NCBI GenBank assembly: GCA_041658505.1
Contig: JBBAAD010000001.1
Span: 1 to 24,000, forward strand
Direction: 5' to 3'
Length of the DNA: 24,000 nucleotides
Origin: a bacterium
GTDB taxonomy: Bacteria > Desulfobacterota > Deferrimicrobia > Deferrimicrobiales > Deferrimicrobiaceae
Shown here piece after piece: positions 1 to 7,577 of the stretch. Within the stretch, counting starts at the first letter, position 1; each line of letters begins with the position of its first letter. The position numbers and the translations under genes were made by a program. Under the pieces are notes generated by a model. The model ran no database searches, was not told where the DNA came from, and worked only from the letters and a program-made list of their open reading frames with translations.

Positions 1-210
1 CCGGCGGTCGTCGCCGTCGTAAAAGCGGAAGGCGAACGTCCCGCCCGGCAGTTCGTGCAGGTCGATGGCCATCACGTCCTCGCCCGTCAGGTCGAGCGCG
101 CGTTTTACGTCGCGGAGCGTTCGCACCCCGCCCCGGAAGGCGATCTCGGTCTTCCCGGACCACAGCGGGCCAAAACGCGTTTCAATCCGTTCCTTGTCCT
201 CGATGCTCAC
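1..210 (-). CDS. Hypothetical protein, truncated at the window edge (N-terminal 70 codons visible)
   Basis: Minus-strand frame open from GTG at 210 to position 1: VSIEDKERIETRFGPLWSGKTEIAFRGGVRTLRDVKRALDLTGEDVMAIDLHELPGGTFAFRFYDGDDRR. GAAAGGGG lies just upstream as a possible SD. Divergent from hemL. Confidence 0.5.
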   Translation of the reverse strand, partial: MSIEDKERIETRFGPLWSGKTEIAFRGGVRTLRDVKRALDLTGEDVMAIDLHELPGGTFAFRFYDGDDRR

Positions 211-378
211 ACGGATACCCCTTTCACCCCTCCCCTTGGGACGATACCGAATAAAACGAAAAACGCCGGTGGCGGGGGGAAAGGTACCTTTGTACCCCTT
301 GGGCGCCCGCCGTGTCAAGCGGTTCTATAATGACGTTTTGAGAATTCGGTAAATCCTGCGGAAATCCCGCTATTTACC

Positions 379-407
379 TTGACACTCCGATCCCGGGGGG
401 CTAAAAT
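379..407 (+). promoter_or_regulatory. Predicted sigma70 promoter for hemL: TTGACA - 17 bp - TAAAAT
   Basis: TTGACA at 379-384, 17-bp spacer, TAAAAT at 402-407, about 50 bp upstream of the hemL start. Confidence 0.7.
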
Positions 408-455
408 TCCACCTCTTGTCATGAATCCCATCCCGCGAAGGAGGCCAATGCTCCC

Positions 456-1748
456 GTGGCCCGCCTGACGACGAAAACCTCGAGCAAGCTGTTCGCCCTT
501 GCGAAAACGATGATCCCGGGCGGTGTCAACTCCCCCGTCCGCGCGTTCGGGTCCGTCGGGGGAACCCCCCTGTTCATCGAGAGCGCGAAGGGCTCCGCCG
601 TCCGCGACGTGGACGGGAACACCTTCATCGACTACGTCGGGTCGTGGGGGCCGATGATCCTCGGGCACGCTCCCCCCGCGGTCGTCTCCGCCATCAAGGC
701 GGCCGCCGGGCGGGGAACGAGCTACGGGGCTCCCACGCCGGGCGAGGTCGGGCTGGCGCACCTGATCCGCAAGGCGTTCCCCTCCGTCGAGAAGGTCCGC
801 CTCGTCTCCTCCGGGACCGAGGCGGCGATGAGCGCGGTGCGGCTGGCGCGGGGATACACGGGGCGGGACAAGATCATCAAGTTCGAAGGCGGGTACCACG
901 GCCACGCCGATTCGATGCTGGTGAAAGCCGGCTCGGGGGTCCTCACCTTCGGCCAACCCGACTCCCCCGGCGTCCCGGCGGAGCTGGCGAAGCTCACCTT
1001 GACCGCCGCCTTCAACGACATCGCCTCCGTGCGGGCGCTCTTCGCGAAGAACAAGGGGCAGGTCGCGGCGATCTTCGTGGAGCCGATTCCCGGCAACATG
1101 GGAGTGGTCCCCCCCGAACCCGGCTTCCTCGAGGAGCTGCGGGCGCTTGCGAAGAAGCACGGGGCCCTCCTCGTCTTCGACGAGGTGATCTCCGGGTTCC
1201 GCGTCGCGTTCGGCGGCGCGCAGGAACTGTTCGGCGTCGTCCCCGACCTCACGATCCTCGGCAAGATCATCGGCGGCGGCCTCCCGGTGGGGGCCTTCGG
1301 CGGGCGGAAGGAGATCATGGACGCCCTCTCGCCGGTCGGCCCGGTCTACCAGGCGGGGACCCTTTCCGGGAACCCGCTCGCCGTGGCGGCGGGGATCGCC
1401 GCGCTCACGGAACTTTCCCGCAGGGGGGCCTACAAGGAACTGAACGCCAAGGCGGATTACCTCGCGGAGGGAATGGCGAAGGCGTTCGCCGCCTCCGGCG
1501 TCCCGACCTGGACGAACCGCGTGGGCTCGATGGGGACGACCTTCTTTCAAAAGGGCCCGGTGACGGACTACGTCTCGGCGAAGCGGAGCGACACGAAACG
1601 GTACGCGACCTGGTTCCACGGGATGCTCTCCCGCGGGGTCTACATCGCGCCGTCCCAGTTCGAGGCGGGGTTCGTCTCCCTGGCGCACACGAAGCGGGAC
1701 CTCGACCGGACGATCGCCGCCGCCAAGGCAGTCCTCGCAACCCTGTGA
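456..1748 (+). CDS. hemL: Glutamate-1-semialdehyde 2,1-aminomutase
   Basis: 430-aa ORF (GTG start) with class-III aminotransferase features: [88 protein letters not shown] upstream. Confidence 0.97.
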   Translation: MARLTTKTSSKLFALAKTMIPGGVNSPVRAFGSVGGTPLFIESAKGSAVRDVDGNTFIDYVGSWGPMILGHAPPAVVSAIKAAAGRGTSYGAPTPGEVGLAHLIRKAFPSVEKVRLVSSGTEAAMSAVRLARGYTGRDKIIKFEGGYHGHADSMLVKAGSGVLTFGQPDSPGVPAELAKLTLTAAFNDIASVRALFAKNKGQVAAIFVEPIPGNMGVVPPEPGFLEELRALAKKHGALLVFDEVISGFRVAFGGAQELFGVVPDLTILGKIIGGGLPVGAFGGRKEIMDALSPVGPVYQAGTLSGNPLAVAAGIAALTELSRRGAYKELNAKADYLAEGMAKAFAASGVPTWTNRVGSMGTTFFQKGPVTDYVSAKRSDTKRYATWFHGMLSRGVYIAPSQFEAGFVSLAHTKRDLDRTIAAAKAVLATL

Positions 1749-1811
1749 TACCCAACACCAGCCACAGAAGGATTTTTACAGCGTATGGTACGGCAGGAAA
1801 AAGTCACTGCG

Positions 1812-1874
1812 AGGTGCAGGCGCTTTCGGGGGACATTCCTGGGGTAACCCCGGGATCAAGGGGAGGAGTGTCCC
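1812..1874. repeat. Copy A of a dispersed palindromic (REP-like) intergenic element
   Basis: AGGTGCAGGCGCTTTC + GGGGGACATTCCT + GGGGTAACCCC + ... + AGGAGTGTCCC. GGGACATTCCT can pair with AGGAGTGTCCC (one G.T wobble). The same modules occur at 20568-20677 in the opposite orientation. Confidence 0.6.
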
Positions 1875-1935
1875 ATGCCCCCTTTTTCGTTGACGCGTTC
1901 CCATATCCTGTGATAAATATTCGACGTTTGCCCTC

Positions 1936-2202
1936 ATGACCGATCGACAGGACCAAAAGGCGTTCTTCCGGGAACTGGGGAAGTACAGCGCCCTCGGGCT
2001 CGAGATGGCGCTGTCGGTCGTCATCGGGATGGGGATCGGGTACTACCTCGACCGGTGGCTCGGGACCGGGCCGTGGCTGATGATCGTCTGGATCGGCCTC
2101 GGGTTCGCCGCCGGAGTGCGCAGTCTCTATCGCGCCGCCGTTCGGTCCGGGAAGGACCTGGAGCGGGACGAGGAGGAGCGGAGGAAGCCCGGTGGGCCGT
2201 GA
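1936..2202 (+). CDS. AtpZ/AtpI-family F0F1 ATP synthase-associated small membrane protein
   Basis: 88 aa, two hydrophobic helices: KYSALGLEMALSVVIGMGIGYYLDRWLGTGPWLMIVWIGLGFAAGVRSLYR. Immediately upstream of atpI-like, atpB and atpE. Confidence 0.85.
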   Translation: MTDRQDQKAFFRELGKYSALGLEMALSVVIGMGIGYYLDRWLGTGPWLMIVWIGLGFAAGVRSLYRAAVRSGKDLERDEEERRKPGGP

Positions 2203-2587
2203 CGCCCCGGACCGGTTGTCGCTGCGGTCGCTGACGAACCGGATCTTCCTCTCCGCGGGGCTGATCCTCGGGGGAATCGGGGTCGCGGTCGCGGCGGGAG
2301 CGGCGAACGTCTCGATGCTTCCCGGAGCGGTGTGCGGCGCCGGCATCGCGTGCGGGAACTTCTTCCTTATAAGGAAGATCCTGGAGAAGGCGTTCTCGGG
2401 CGGCGGGGCGGTCAACAAGGCGTTCGTCGTCCAGTACACGCTGAAGTTCCTCGGGCTGATCGGGATGGTCTACCTCGTCGTCCGGTACGGCGGGTTCGAC
2501 CTGTTGGGGTTTCTGCTCGGGCTCTCCTCGCTCTTCCTCGGAGTCCTCCTCGAGGCGCTGGCGAGGTCGTTCGAACCAAACGCGTGA
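2192..2587 (+). CDS. ATP synthase subunit I (AtpI-like) membrane protein
   Basis: 131-aa membrane protein with four hydrophobic segments. Overlaps the preceding ORF and precedes atpB. Confidence 0.75.
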   Translation: MGRDAPDRLSLRSLTNRIFLSAGLILGGIGVAVAAGAANVSMLPGAVCGAGIACGNFFLIRKILEKAFSGGGAVNKAFVVQYTLKFLGLIGMVYLVVRYGGFDLLGFLLGLSSLFLGVLLEALARSFEPNA

Positions 2588-2616
2588 TCGTTTCGCAATC
2601 GACGGGGGTAGGGACG

Positions 2617-3372
2617 ATGCGGAAAGGAATCCTCGGCCTTCTGGCCGTCGCGGCGCTGCCGACGACGGCGCTGGCGGCGGGAGGGCACGGGTTCTCCTGG
2701 TTCATGATGCTGCCCGGAGGGGAGCGGTACTACTACGTCTACGCGGCCCTCTTCATCGCCGTGTTCCTTCTCGTCGCGTCGGCCGTGGTCGTCGGGGGCA
2801 GGAAGACGGAAGAGATGGTGATCCCGGATCCCCGGTTCACGCTGCGCAACCTCTTCGAGCTGATCCTCGGGTTCCTCCAGCAACTGGCCGAGGACATCAT
2901 CGGGCACGATTACAGGAAGTACCTCCCCCTGCTCGGGAGCTGCTTCCTCTTCATCCTGTTCATGAACCTCATCGGGCTCATCCCCGGGTTCCTCCCGCCC
3001 ACGCAGAAGATGAACATCACGGTGGGGCTGGCGCTGGTCATCTTCCTGTCGACCCACTACTTCGGGGTGCGGGAGAACGGGATCGCCTACTTCAAGCATT
3101 TCCTCGGCCCCGTGTGGTGGATGGCGCCGATCATGCTGCCGATCGAGATCATCTCCCACCTGGCGCGGCCGATGTCGCTCTCCCTGCGTCTCTTCGGGAA
3201 CATCACGGGCGACCACGCGGTGGTGGCCGGGTTCATGGCGCTCATCCCCATCGTCGTCCCTTCGGTCTTCATGGGCCTCGGCGTCTTCGTTTCGTTCATG
3301 CAGGCGTTCATCTTCACCGTGCTCTCGATGATCTACATCTCGGGGGCCGTGACGCACGCGGAGGAGCATTGA
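2617..3372 (+). CDS. atpB: F0F1 ATP synthase subunit a
   Basis: 251 aa from ATG 2617: FTLRNLFELILGFLQQLAEDIIG, PLLGSCFLFILFMNLIGLIPGF, LARPMSLSLRLFGNITGDHAVV. The longer track ORF start (2332) overlaps atpI and is not used. Confidence 0.95.
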   Translation: MRKGILGLLAVAALPTTALAAGGHGFSWFMMLPGGERYYYVYAALFIAVFLLVASAVVVGGRKTEEMVIPDPRFTLRNLFELILGFLQQLAEDIIGHDYRKYLPLLGSCFLFILFMNLIGLIPGFLPPTQKMNITVGLALVIFLSTHYFGVRENGIAYFKHFLGPVWWMAPIMLPIEIISHLARPMSLSLRLFGNITGDHAVVAGFMALIPIVVPSVFMGLGVFVSFMQAFIFTVLSMIYISGAVTHAEEH

Positions 3373-3475
3373 TCCGGGGTAAGCTCCCCGGTCGATGATA
3401 AAGGTCTTAAAGGCACCACCCCGGCGGGCGGGCGGAACCACCCGGCGGGAATCATCCTGAAAGGGGGAACACCCA

Positions 3476-3808
3476 ATGTTCCGCAGGTTCACTTTCTCTT
3501 TCCTCGTCGCTCTGCTCTTCGTGGCAGTGGCGTCGGTGGCTATGGCGGCGGAAGGCGCTCCCGCCGCGGGCGGCGACTCCAGCATGAAGGCCGTCATCGC
3601 TCTGGCCGCAGGGTTTGGCATAGCGATCGCATCCTTCGGGGGAGCGCTGGGCCAGGCGAAAGCCATCGCCGCCGGGCTGGAGGGGATTGCGCGCAATCCT
3701 TCCGCCCAGAACAAGATCTTCATCCCGATGATCGTCGGGCTCGCGCTGATCGAGTCCCTCGTCATCTACACCCTGGTCATCGCGTTCGTGCTCGTCGGGA
3801 AACTGTAA
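3476..3808 (+). CDS. atpE: F0F1 ATP synthase subunit c with N-terminal signal-like extension
   Basis: 110 aa: IASFGGALGQAKAIAAGLEGIARNPSAQNKIFIPMIVGLALIESLVIYTLVIAFVL. Two-helix hairpin with conserved RNP loop and carboxylate in helix 2. Confidence 0.95.
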   Translation: MFRRFTFSFLVALLFVAVASVAMAAEGAPAAGGDSSMKAVIALAAGFGIAIASFGGALGQAKAIAAGLEGIARNPSAQNKIFIPMIVGLALIESLVIYTLVIAFVLVGKL

Positions 3809-3844
3809 GCCGACACGCCGGGGGAAAACGGATCTTGCGAAAAA

Positions 3845-3867
3845 GGGCTCCTTCGGGAGCCCTTTTT
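3845..3867 (+). terminator. Rho-independent terminator downstream of atpE
   Basis: GGGCTCC-TTCG-GGAGCCC followed by TTTTT and preceded by AAAAA. Perfect 7-bp GC stem with a UUCG tetraloop. Confidence 0.95.
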
Positions 3868-3924
3868 CGTTCCGGAAACCATCGACTTGCGGGCGGTAGA
3901 GGAGGAGCGAGAACAGCAGGGGGA

Positions 3925-4386
3925 CTACGGAGTGATGGTCACCGTCACCGAGTCCGAGTACGCCCCCACGGAAACGTTCTGGCCGGGGGGGATCCGCCCG
4001 TAGATCGTCGTGGTCACCGGCCGGTTCCTGTTGACCTTCCTGAGCAGGACCGTCGACGTCCCCGCCGAACCGTCCCCCCAGACCGTCGTCATCGATGCCG
4101 TGGTGAAGAGGTTGTAGTTCATCCGGTCCGCCTGCGACGTGTGTCGCATCTGCCGCGGTTGGAACCCCCCGGACGTGGGGCTGGGCCCGATGGAGATGGT
4201 GACATCCGTCGGCGGGTTCCGGTCACACGCCACGGTCACCGTTCCCGCGGTGTCACGGGGCACCGCCGCGAACACGTCGTAGGCCCCGAAGTTGATGCCC
4301 GTGGTCGTCACCCCGCACGCGGCGTGCGCCGCATTCCCGAGGATCAGACAGAGCAGCCCCACGAGTCCCTTACCGAACGTCTTCAC
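3925..4386 (-). CDS. Spore coat U (SCPU) domain secreted protein, chaperone-usher pilus subunit
   Basis: 153 aa, signal peptide (GLLCLILGNAAHA), CGVTTTGINFGAYD..., RQMRH, NYNLFTTASMTTVWGDGS, TVTITP C-terminus. Overlaps the usher stop. Confidence 0.85.
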   Translation of the reverse strand: MKTFGKGLVGLLCLILGNAAHAACGVTTTGINFGAYDVFAAVPRDTAGTVTVACDRNPPTDVTISIGPSPTSGGFQPRQMRHTSQADRMNYNLFTTASMTTVWGDGSAGTSTVLLRKVNRNRPVTTTIYGRIPPGQNVSVGAYSDSVTVTITP

Positions 4387-6757
4387 AGGTCAGCCTCCCC
4401 AGATCGACGATCATGTCGTCCGTCGCGGGAACGGTCATCTCGAAGAGGCAACGTTTCCCTTCCTGTTCCACGTAGGCCGCATGGGTCCCGGGGCCGAGAT
4501 CCTCCACATAGAACTCCCCCCCTTTTCCCGTCGGGAATGCAATCTCCCTCCCTTCCGCCGGCACCCGGACCTCGACGTACTCCGCCGGTTTCCATTCGCC
4601 GTCCCGCCGCATCCCCAATGTGCCGGTAACGGCCTGGATCCGCTTCACCTCGAACGGAATCCGCGACCCGCTCCGGAGCGGGGGGGAGACCACCTTCAGG
4701 ACCTCCCGGAGAGAATAGTCGATGGGAACGTCCTTGTCGGCGATGGAGATCTGGTTCTCGTAGTACGAGCCGAGGGACGGCAGGAACAGTTTTCCCCGTC
4801 CGTCGGTGCGCCCCATCTCCTGGTTGTTATGGTACACCCGGATGCCATCGAGCCCTCCCACCGTGACGAGCCCGAAGCTGTCCGTGATCGGGCGGCTGAA
4901 CCCGAAGGTGTCCCCGACGAAGGCGACCCCCCCATACGCGGAGAGCCGGACGAGCCCGTTTCCTCCACCCCCGTCGATCCTCTCCCCCCGGTACTCCGCC
5001 GCATAGGAGCCGAACCGGGCGTTGTACTGCAAGGACGGGTTCACCGCGGTGGAGGAAAGCGCCGTGGAGTCCATCCGCTCGACCGAGACGTTGTACCCCC
5101 ATCCCTCCCCCGCGGGCAGGTTCTTCCGTGCCTGCACCGTCTCGTTGCGGACGCCGCCCGCCTCCCGGTAACTCGCTGCGAGCGACAAGTTGCCTCCCGG
5201 GTAGTAGTTCACCCCCAGCATGAGCTCGTTGACCGTCTCCCCCTCCCGCATGTTCCGGAACGAACCCAGCACGCTCACGTTCCATCCGATGTTCCGGGAC
5301 CAGGACGCCCCGATGGTCCGCCGGTCCGTCCCCGTGTGCCTCTTCAGGAAGTCCGCATCGACGGAGAACGTACCCATCCGCGGCGTCCCGTATCCCGCGC
5401 CGGCGGCCACCTCGTACCGTACGCCGTCCGTGGAATCCCGCCCCTCCTCCGCTGCGACCGCGTACGCGCGGCTCACCCCCTTGAGGAAGATCCTCGTGCT
5501 GACGGCCCCGCCCTGGAAGGAGTGCGTCGCCTCGCCGGCCGCGCCGAGGCGCCCGTCCCGCCGGGCGCTTCCAGCGAAAGAGAGGGCGACGATTCCCGCG
5601 TCGCCGACGCGGAAGGCCGCCTGCGGGCCCAGGTTCGCCCCGTCCCCGGTGCCTTCCCCCCGCCCTCCCAGCGTCACCCGGCCGCTTAACCCGTAATTGT
5701 GGAACGCGGAGAAGGCGATCGGGCCGTACCGGTCGCTCTCTTCGCCGAACTTCCTCCGGAGGAAGCCGACGTTGTAGCTGTATTCATGGAGTCCCTTCTC
5801 GAGAAGGGTCTCGGCGAAGTAGAACGGGTAACGGATCCTCTGCTCCCTCCCGAACGGGTCCTTGATCACGACGGTCACGTCGCTCCGGCCGCCGAGCGAG
5901 GAGATGTTCTTCAGCTCGAACTGCCCCGGGGAAAGTTTCTCCGTGCGGATCCGCGTGCCGCCGAGGTACACCTCCGCCTCGGACGGCAGGGACACCATCC
6001 CCCCGACATTGGCCAGCGGGTAGCGAAGAAAATAGGGGTCGATGCGGTAGACCTTGGAGAAGCCGACCCCGCCCAGGTTCACGCCGGTCCCGAGGCCGCC
6101 CGAGGAGGCGGTAATGTCTCCGAACACCAGCCGCTGCATCTTTTCCCGCCGGTCGCGGGTCACGTTCGTCGAAAGCCGGACCAGGCGTTGGTCCGCGCGG
6201 GTCTTTTCGAAGGCGGCGTCGGAAAGGAAGAGGAAGTCCCCGCGGCGGGCGCCCACCTGGCCGGTCACATCCAGGCTCTCCGCATCGCCCGGGTCCCCGC
6301 CCGTCCAGGTGATGCCGTAGTTGAAAAACCCGGAGGGGTCTTTCGGGTAGAGAACCCGGGGCTGACGCGGCGGACGGAAGTCGACGACCCGCATCGGCAG
6401 GACGGACGGGTGGGCCGCCAGCTCAAGAGAGAGGGTCTTTTCCCGGAACGCGAACGACATCTTCTCCAGCGATCGGAGCGATCGGTGCGGTTCTCCGTCG
6501 ACCTCCGTCGTCCGTCCCGGGGGCACGGAGAGGCCCATCGCCGCGAGGTCCGCCGTTCGGACGAGGAAATCCCCGTCCTCGAGGAGGCGGACGAGGAAAT
6601 CCCCCTTCTCTTCGCCGTTCAGGAAAACCTTCACGTAGAACAAGTCGGCGCACCGCGCCGCGGAGGGAAGGAAGAGGAGGCCCAGGAGCAGGGAGAGGAG
6701 GAGCGGAGCGCGGCGGCGGGCGGCCGGATGCGGTGTCCGTCCCCTCACGGACCGCAC
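4370..6757 (-). CDS. Outer membrane usher protein, archaic/Csu-like chaperone-usher family
   Basis: 795 aa, signal peptide. Usher-type features: LFYVKVFLNGEEKGDFLVRLLEDGDFLV, VYLGGTRIRTEKLSPGQFELKNI...GRSDVTVVIKDPFGREQ, AGGVRN, DGRGKLFLPSLGSYYENQISIADKDVPIDY. Overlaps the chaperone ORF. Confidence 0.92.
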   Translation of the reverse strand: MRSVRGRTPHPAARRRAPLLLSLLLGLLFLPSAARCADLFYVKVFLNGEEKGDFLVRLLEDGDFLVRTADLAAMGLSVPPGRTTEVDGEPHRSLRSLEKMSFAFREKTLSLELAAHPSVLPMRVVDFRPPRQPRVLYPKDPSGFFNYGITWTGGDPGDAESLDVTGQVGARRGDFLFLSDAAFEKTRADQRLVRLSTNVTRDRREKMQRLVFGDITASSGGLGTGVNLGGVGFSKVYRIDPYFLRYPLANVGGMVSLPSEAEVYLGGTRIRTEKLSPGQFELKNISSLGGRSDVTVVIKDPFGREQRIRYPFYFAETLLEKGLHEYSYNVGFLRRKFGEESDRYGPIAFSAFHNYGLSGRVTLGGRGEGTGDGANLGPQAAFRVGDAGIVALSFAGSARRDGRLGAAGEATHSFQGGAVSTRIFLKGVSRAYAVAAEEGRDSTDGVRYEVAAGAGYGTPRMGTFSVDADFLKRHTGTDRRTIGASWSRNIGWNVSVLGSFRNMREGETVNELMLGVNYYPGGNLSLAASYREAGGVRNETVQARKNLPAGEGWGYNVSVERMDSTALSSTAVNPSLQYNARFGSYAAEYRGERIDGGGGNGLVRLSAYGGVAFVGDTFGFSRPITDSFGLVTVGGLDGIRVYHNNQEMGRTDGRGKLFLPSLGSYYENQISIADKDVPIDYSLREVLKVVSPPLRSGSRIPFEVKRIQAVTGTLGMRRDGEWKPAEYVEVRVPAEGREIAFPTGKGGEFYVEDLGPGTHAAYVEQEGKRCLFEMTVPATDDMIVDLGRLTCEDVR

Positions 6758-7527
6758 ATCGACCGGTCAACGACCATGCGTCCGCGTAGGGAGAGCTTGT
6801 CGGTTTTCACCTCCGCCTCGATGACCGCCATCGTTCCGCACGTCTCGGGGGGGGCGGTCGTCGTGTACCCTCTGGAGACGCCGGCAAGGAGGTACCACCC
6901 GCTCAACTCCCGGGAGAAGATCTCTTCGCCCGCCCCGTTTCTCCCCCGCACGAGGACGGACTGGACGACGAAGTGGACGTTCCCCGTGTTTTTCACGGGC
7001 ACGAGGAGCGCACCGGCGGACATCGTCATCGCGCCGACCTCCCCGCGGACCTCCTCCTTCAACGGCTTGACGAAGATCGGCACGCCGAACCGGATGGCGA
7101 CGGCGACGTTCACCCCCTCCGCCTTCCGGGGCCCGGGGATCTCCTCGATGAAGAGGCGGAACGTCTTCTCCTTCGACACCGCCGGGACCCGGATCCCCGC
7201 CCGCAGGATCTTCTCTTCCTTCCGCTCCAGGATCATCAGCCGGGGGAAGAAGAGGATCTCGCCGGTCTCCTCGTACCGGTCCTTCCCCTCCGCGTCCTGG
7301 GTCCACTCGTACGCCTTCATCTGGACCTGCAGCCGGTCGTCCGAATCGTTGGCGACTGTGACGGCCCCGCTCTTCGCGTCGCGCCCGAGGTCGAGCCGGA
7401 TGGGCGACACGCGCCAGTCGCCGGCCCGGGCGGCAACGGGAAGCAGGAGCAGGAAAAGGAAAACGGTCGCGGAAGACCGGCGCGCGATGCGCACGGCCCT
7501 CCCATCCTCGGGACGTTTCATAGGCAT
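6745..7527 (-). CDS. Periplasmic pilus assembly chaperone (PapD/CsuC-like)
   Basis: 260 aa from ATG at 7527: signal peptide, WRVSPIRLDLGRDAKSGAVTVANDSDD, QVQMKAYEWTQ, ILFFPRLMILERKEEKILRAG, EKTFRLFIEEIP. The track's longer start (8262) is an upstream open frame antisense/overlapping to another gene. Confidence 0.88.
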   Translation of the reverse strand: MPMKRPEDGRAVRIARRSSATVFLFLLLLPVAARAGDWRVSPIRLDLGRDAKSGAVTVANDSDDRLQVQMKAYEWTQDAEGKDRYEETGEILFFPRLMILERKEEKILRAGIRVPAVSKEKTFRLFIEEIPGPRKAEGVNVAVAIRFGVPIFVKPLKEEVRGEVGAMTMSAGALLVPVKNTGNVHFVVQSVLVRGRNGAGEEIFSRELSGWYLLAGVSRGYTTTAPPETCGTMAVIEAEVKTDKLSLRGRMVVDRSMCGP

Positions 7528-7577
7528 CACTATACAGAAGCGGTCCGGGGGACGGCAACCCATGCGAGGGTCGGAAG

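Noticed and set aside
315-1688. 457-aa minus-strand ORF opposite hemL
   Set aside because: Antisense shadow ORF from high GC3 coding bias. Low complexity R/G/P-rich translation with no family-like features; the plus strand encodes clear HemL.
1890-1919. Candidate promoter TTGACG...TGATAAATA before the atp operon
   Set aside because: The -35 is good but the -10 matches only about half the consensus and the leader would be very short. Not listed as a feature without expression data.
2332-3372. 346-aa ORF start for atpB
   Set aside because: The upstream portion overlaps atpI out of frame. The ATG at 2617 gives a normal-sized subunit a with a signal-like N-terminus.
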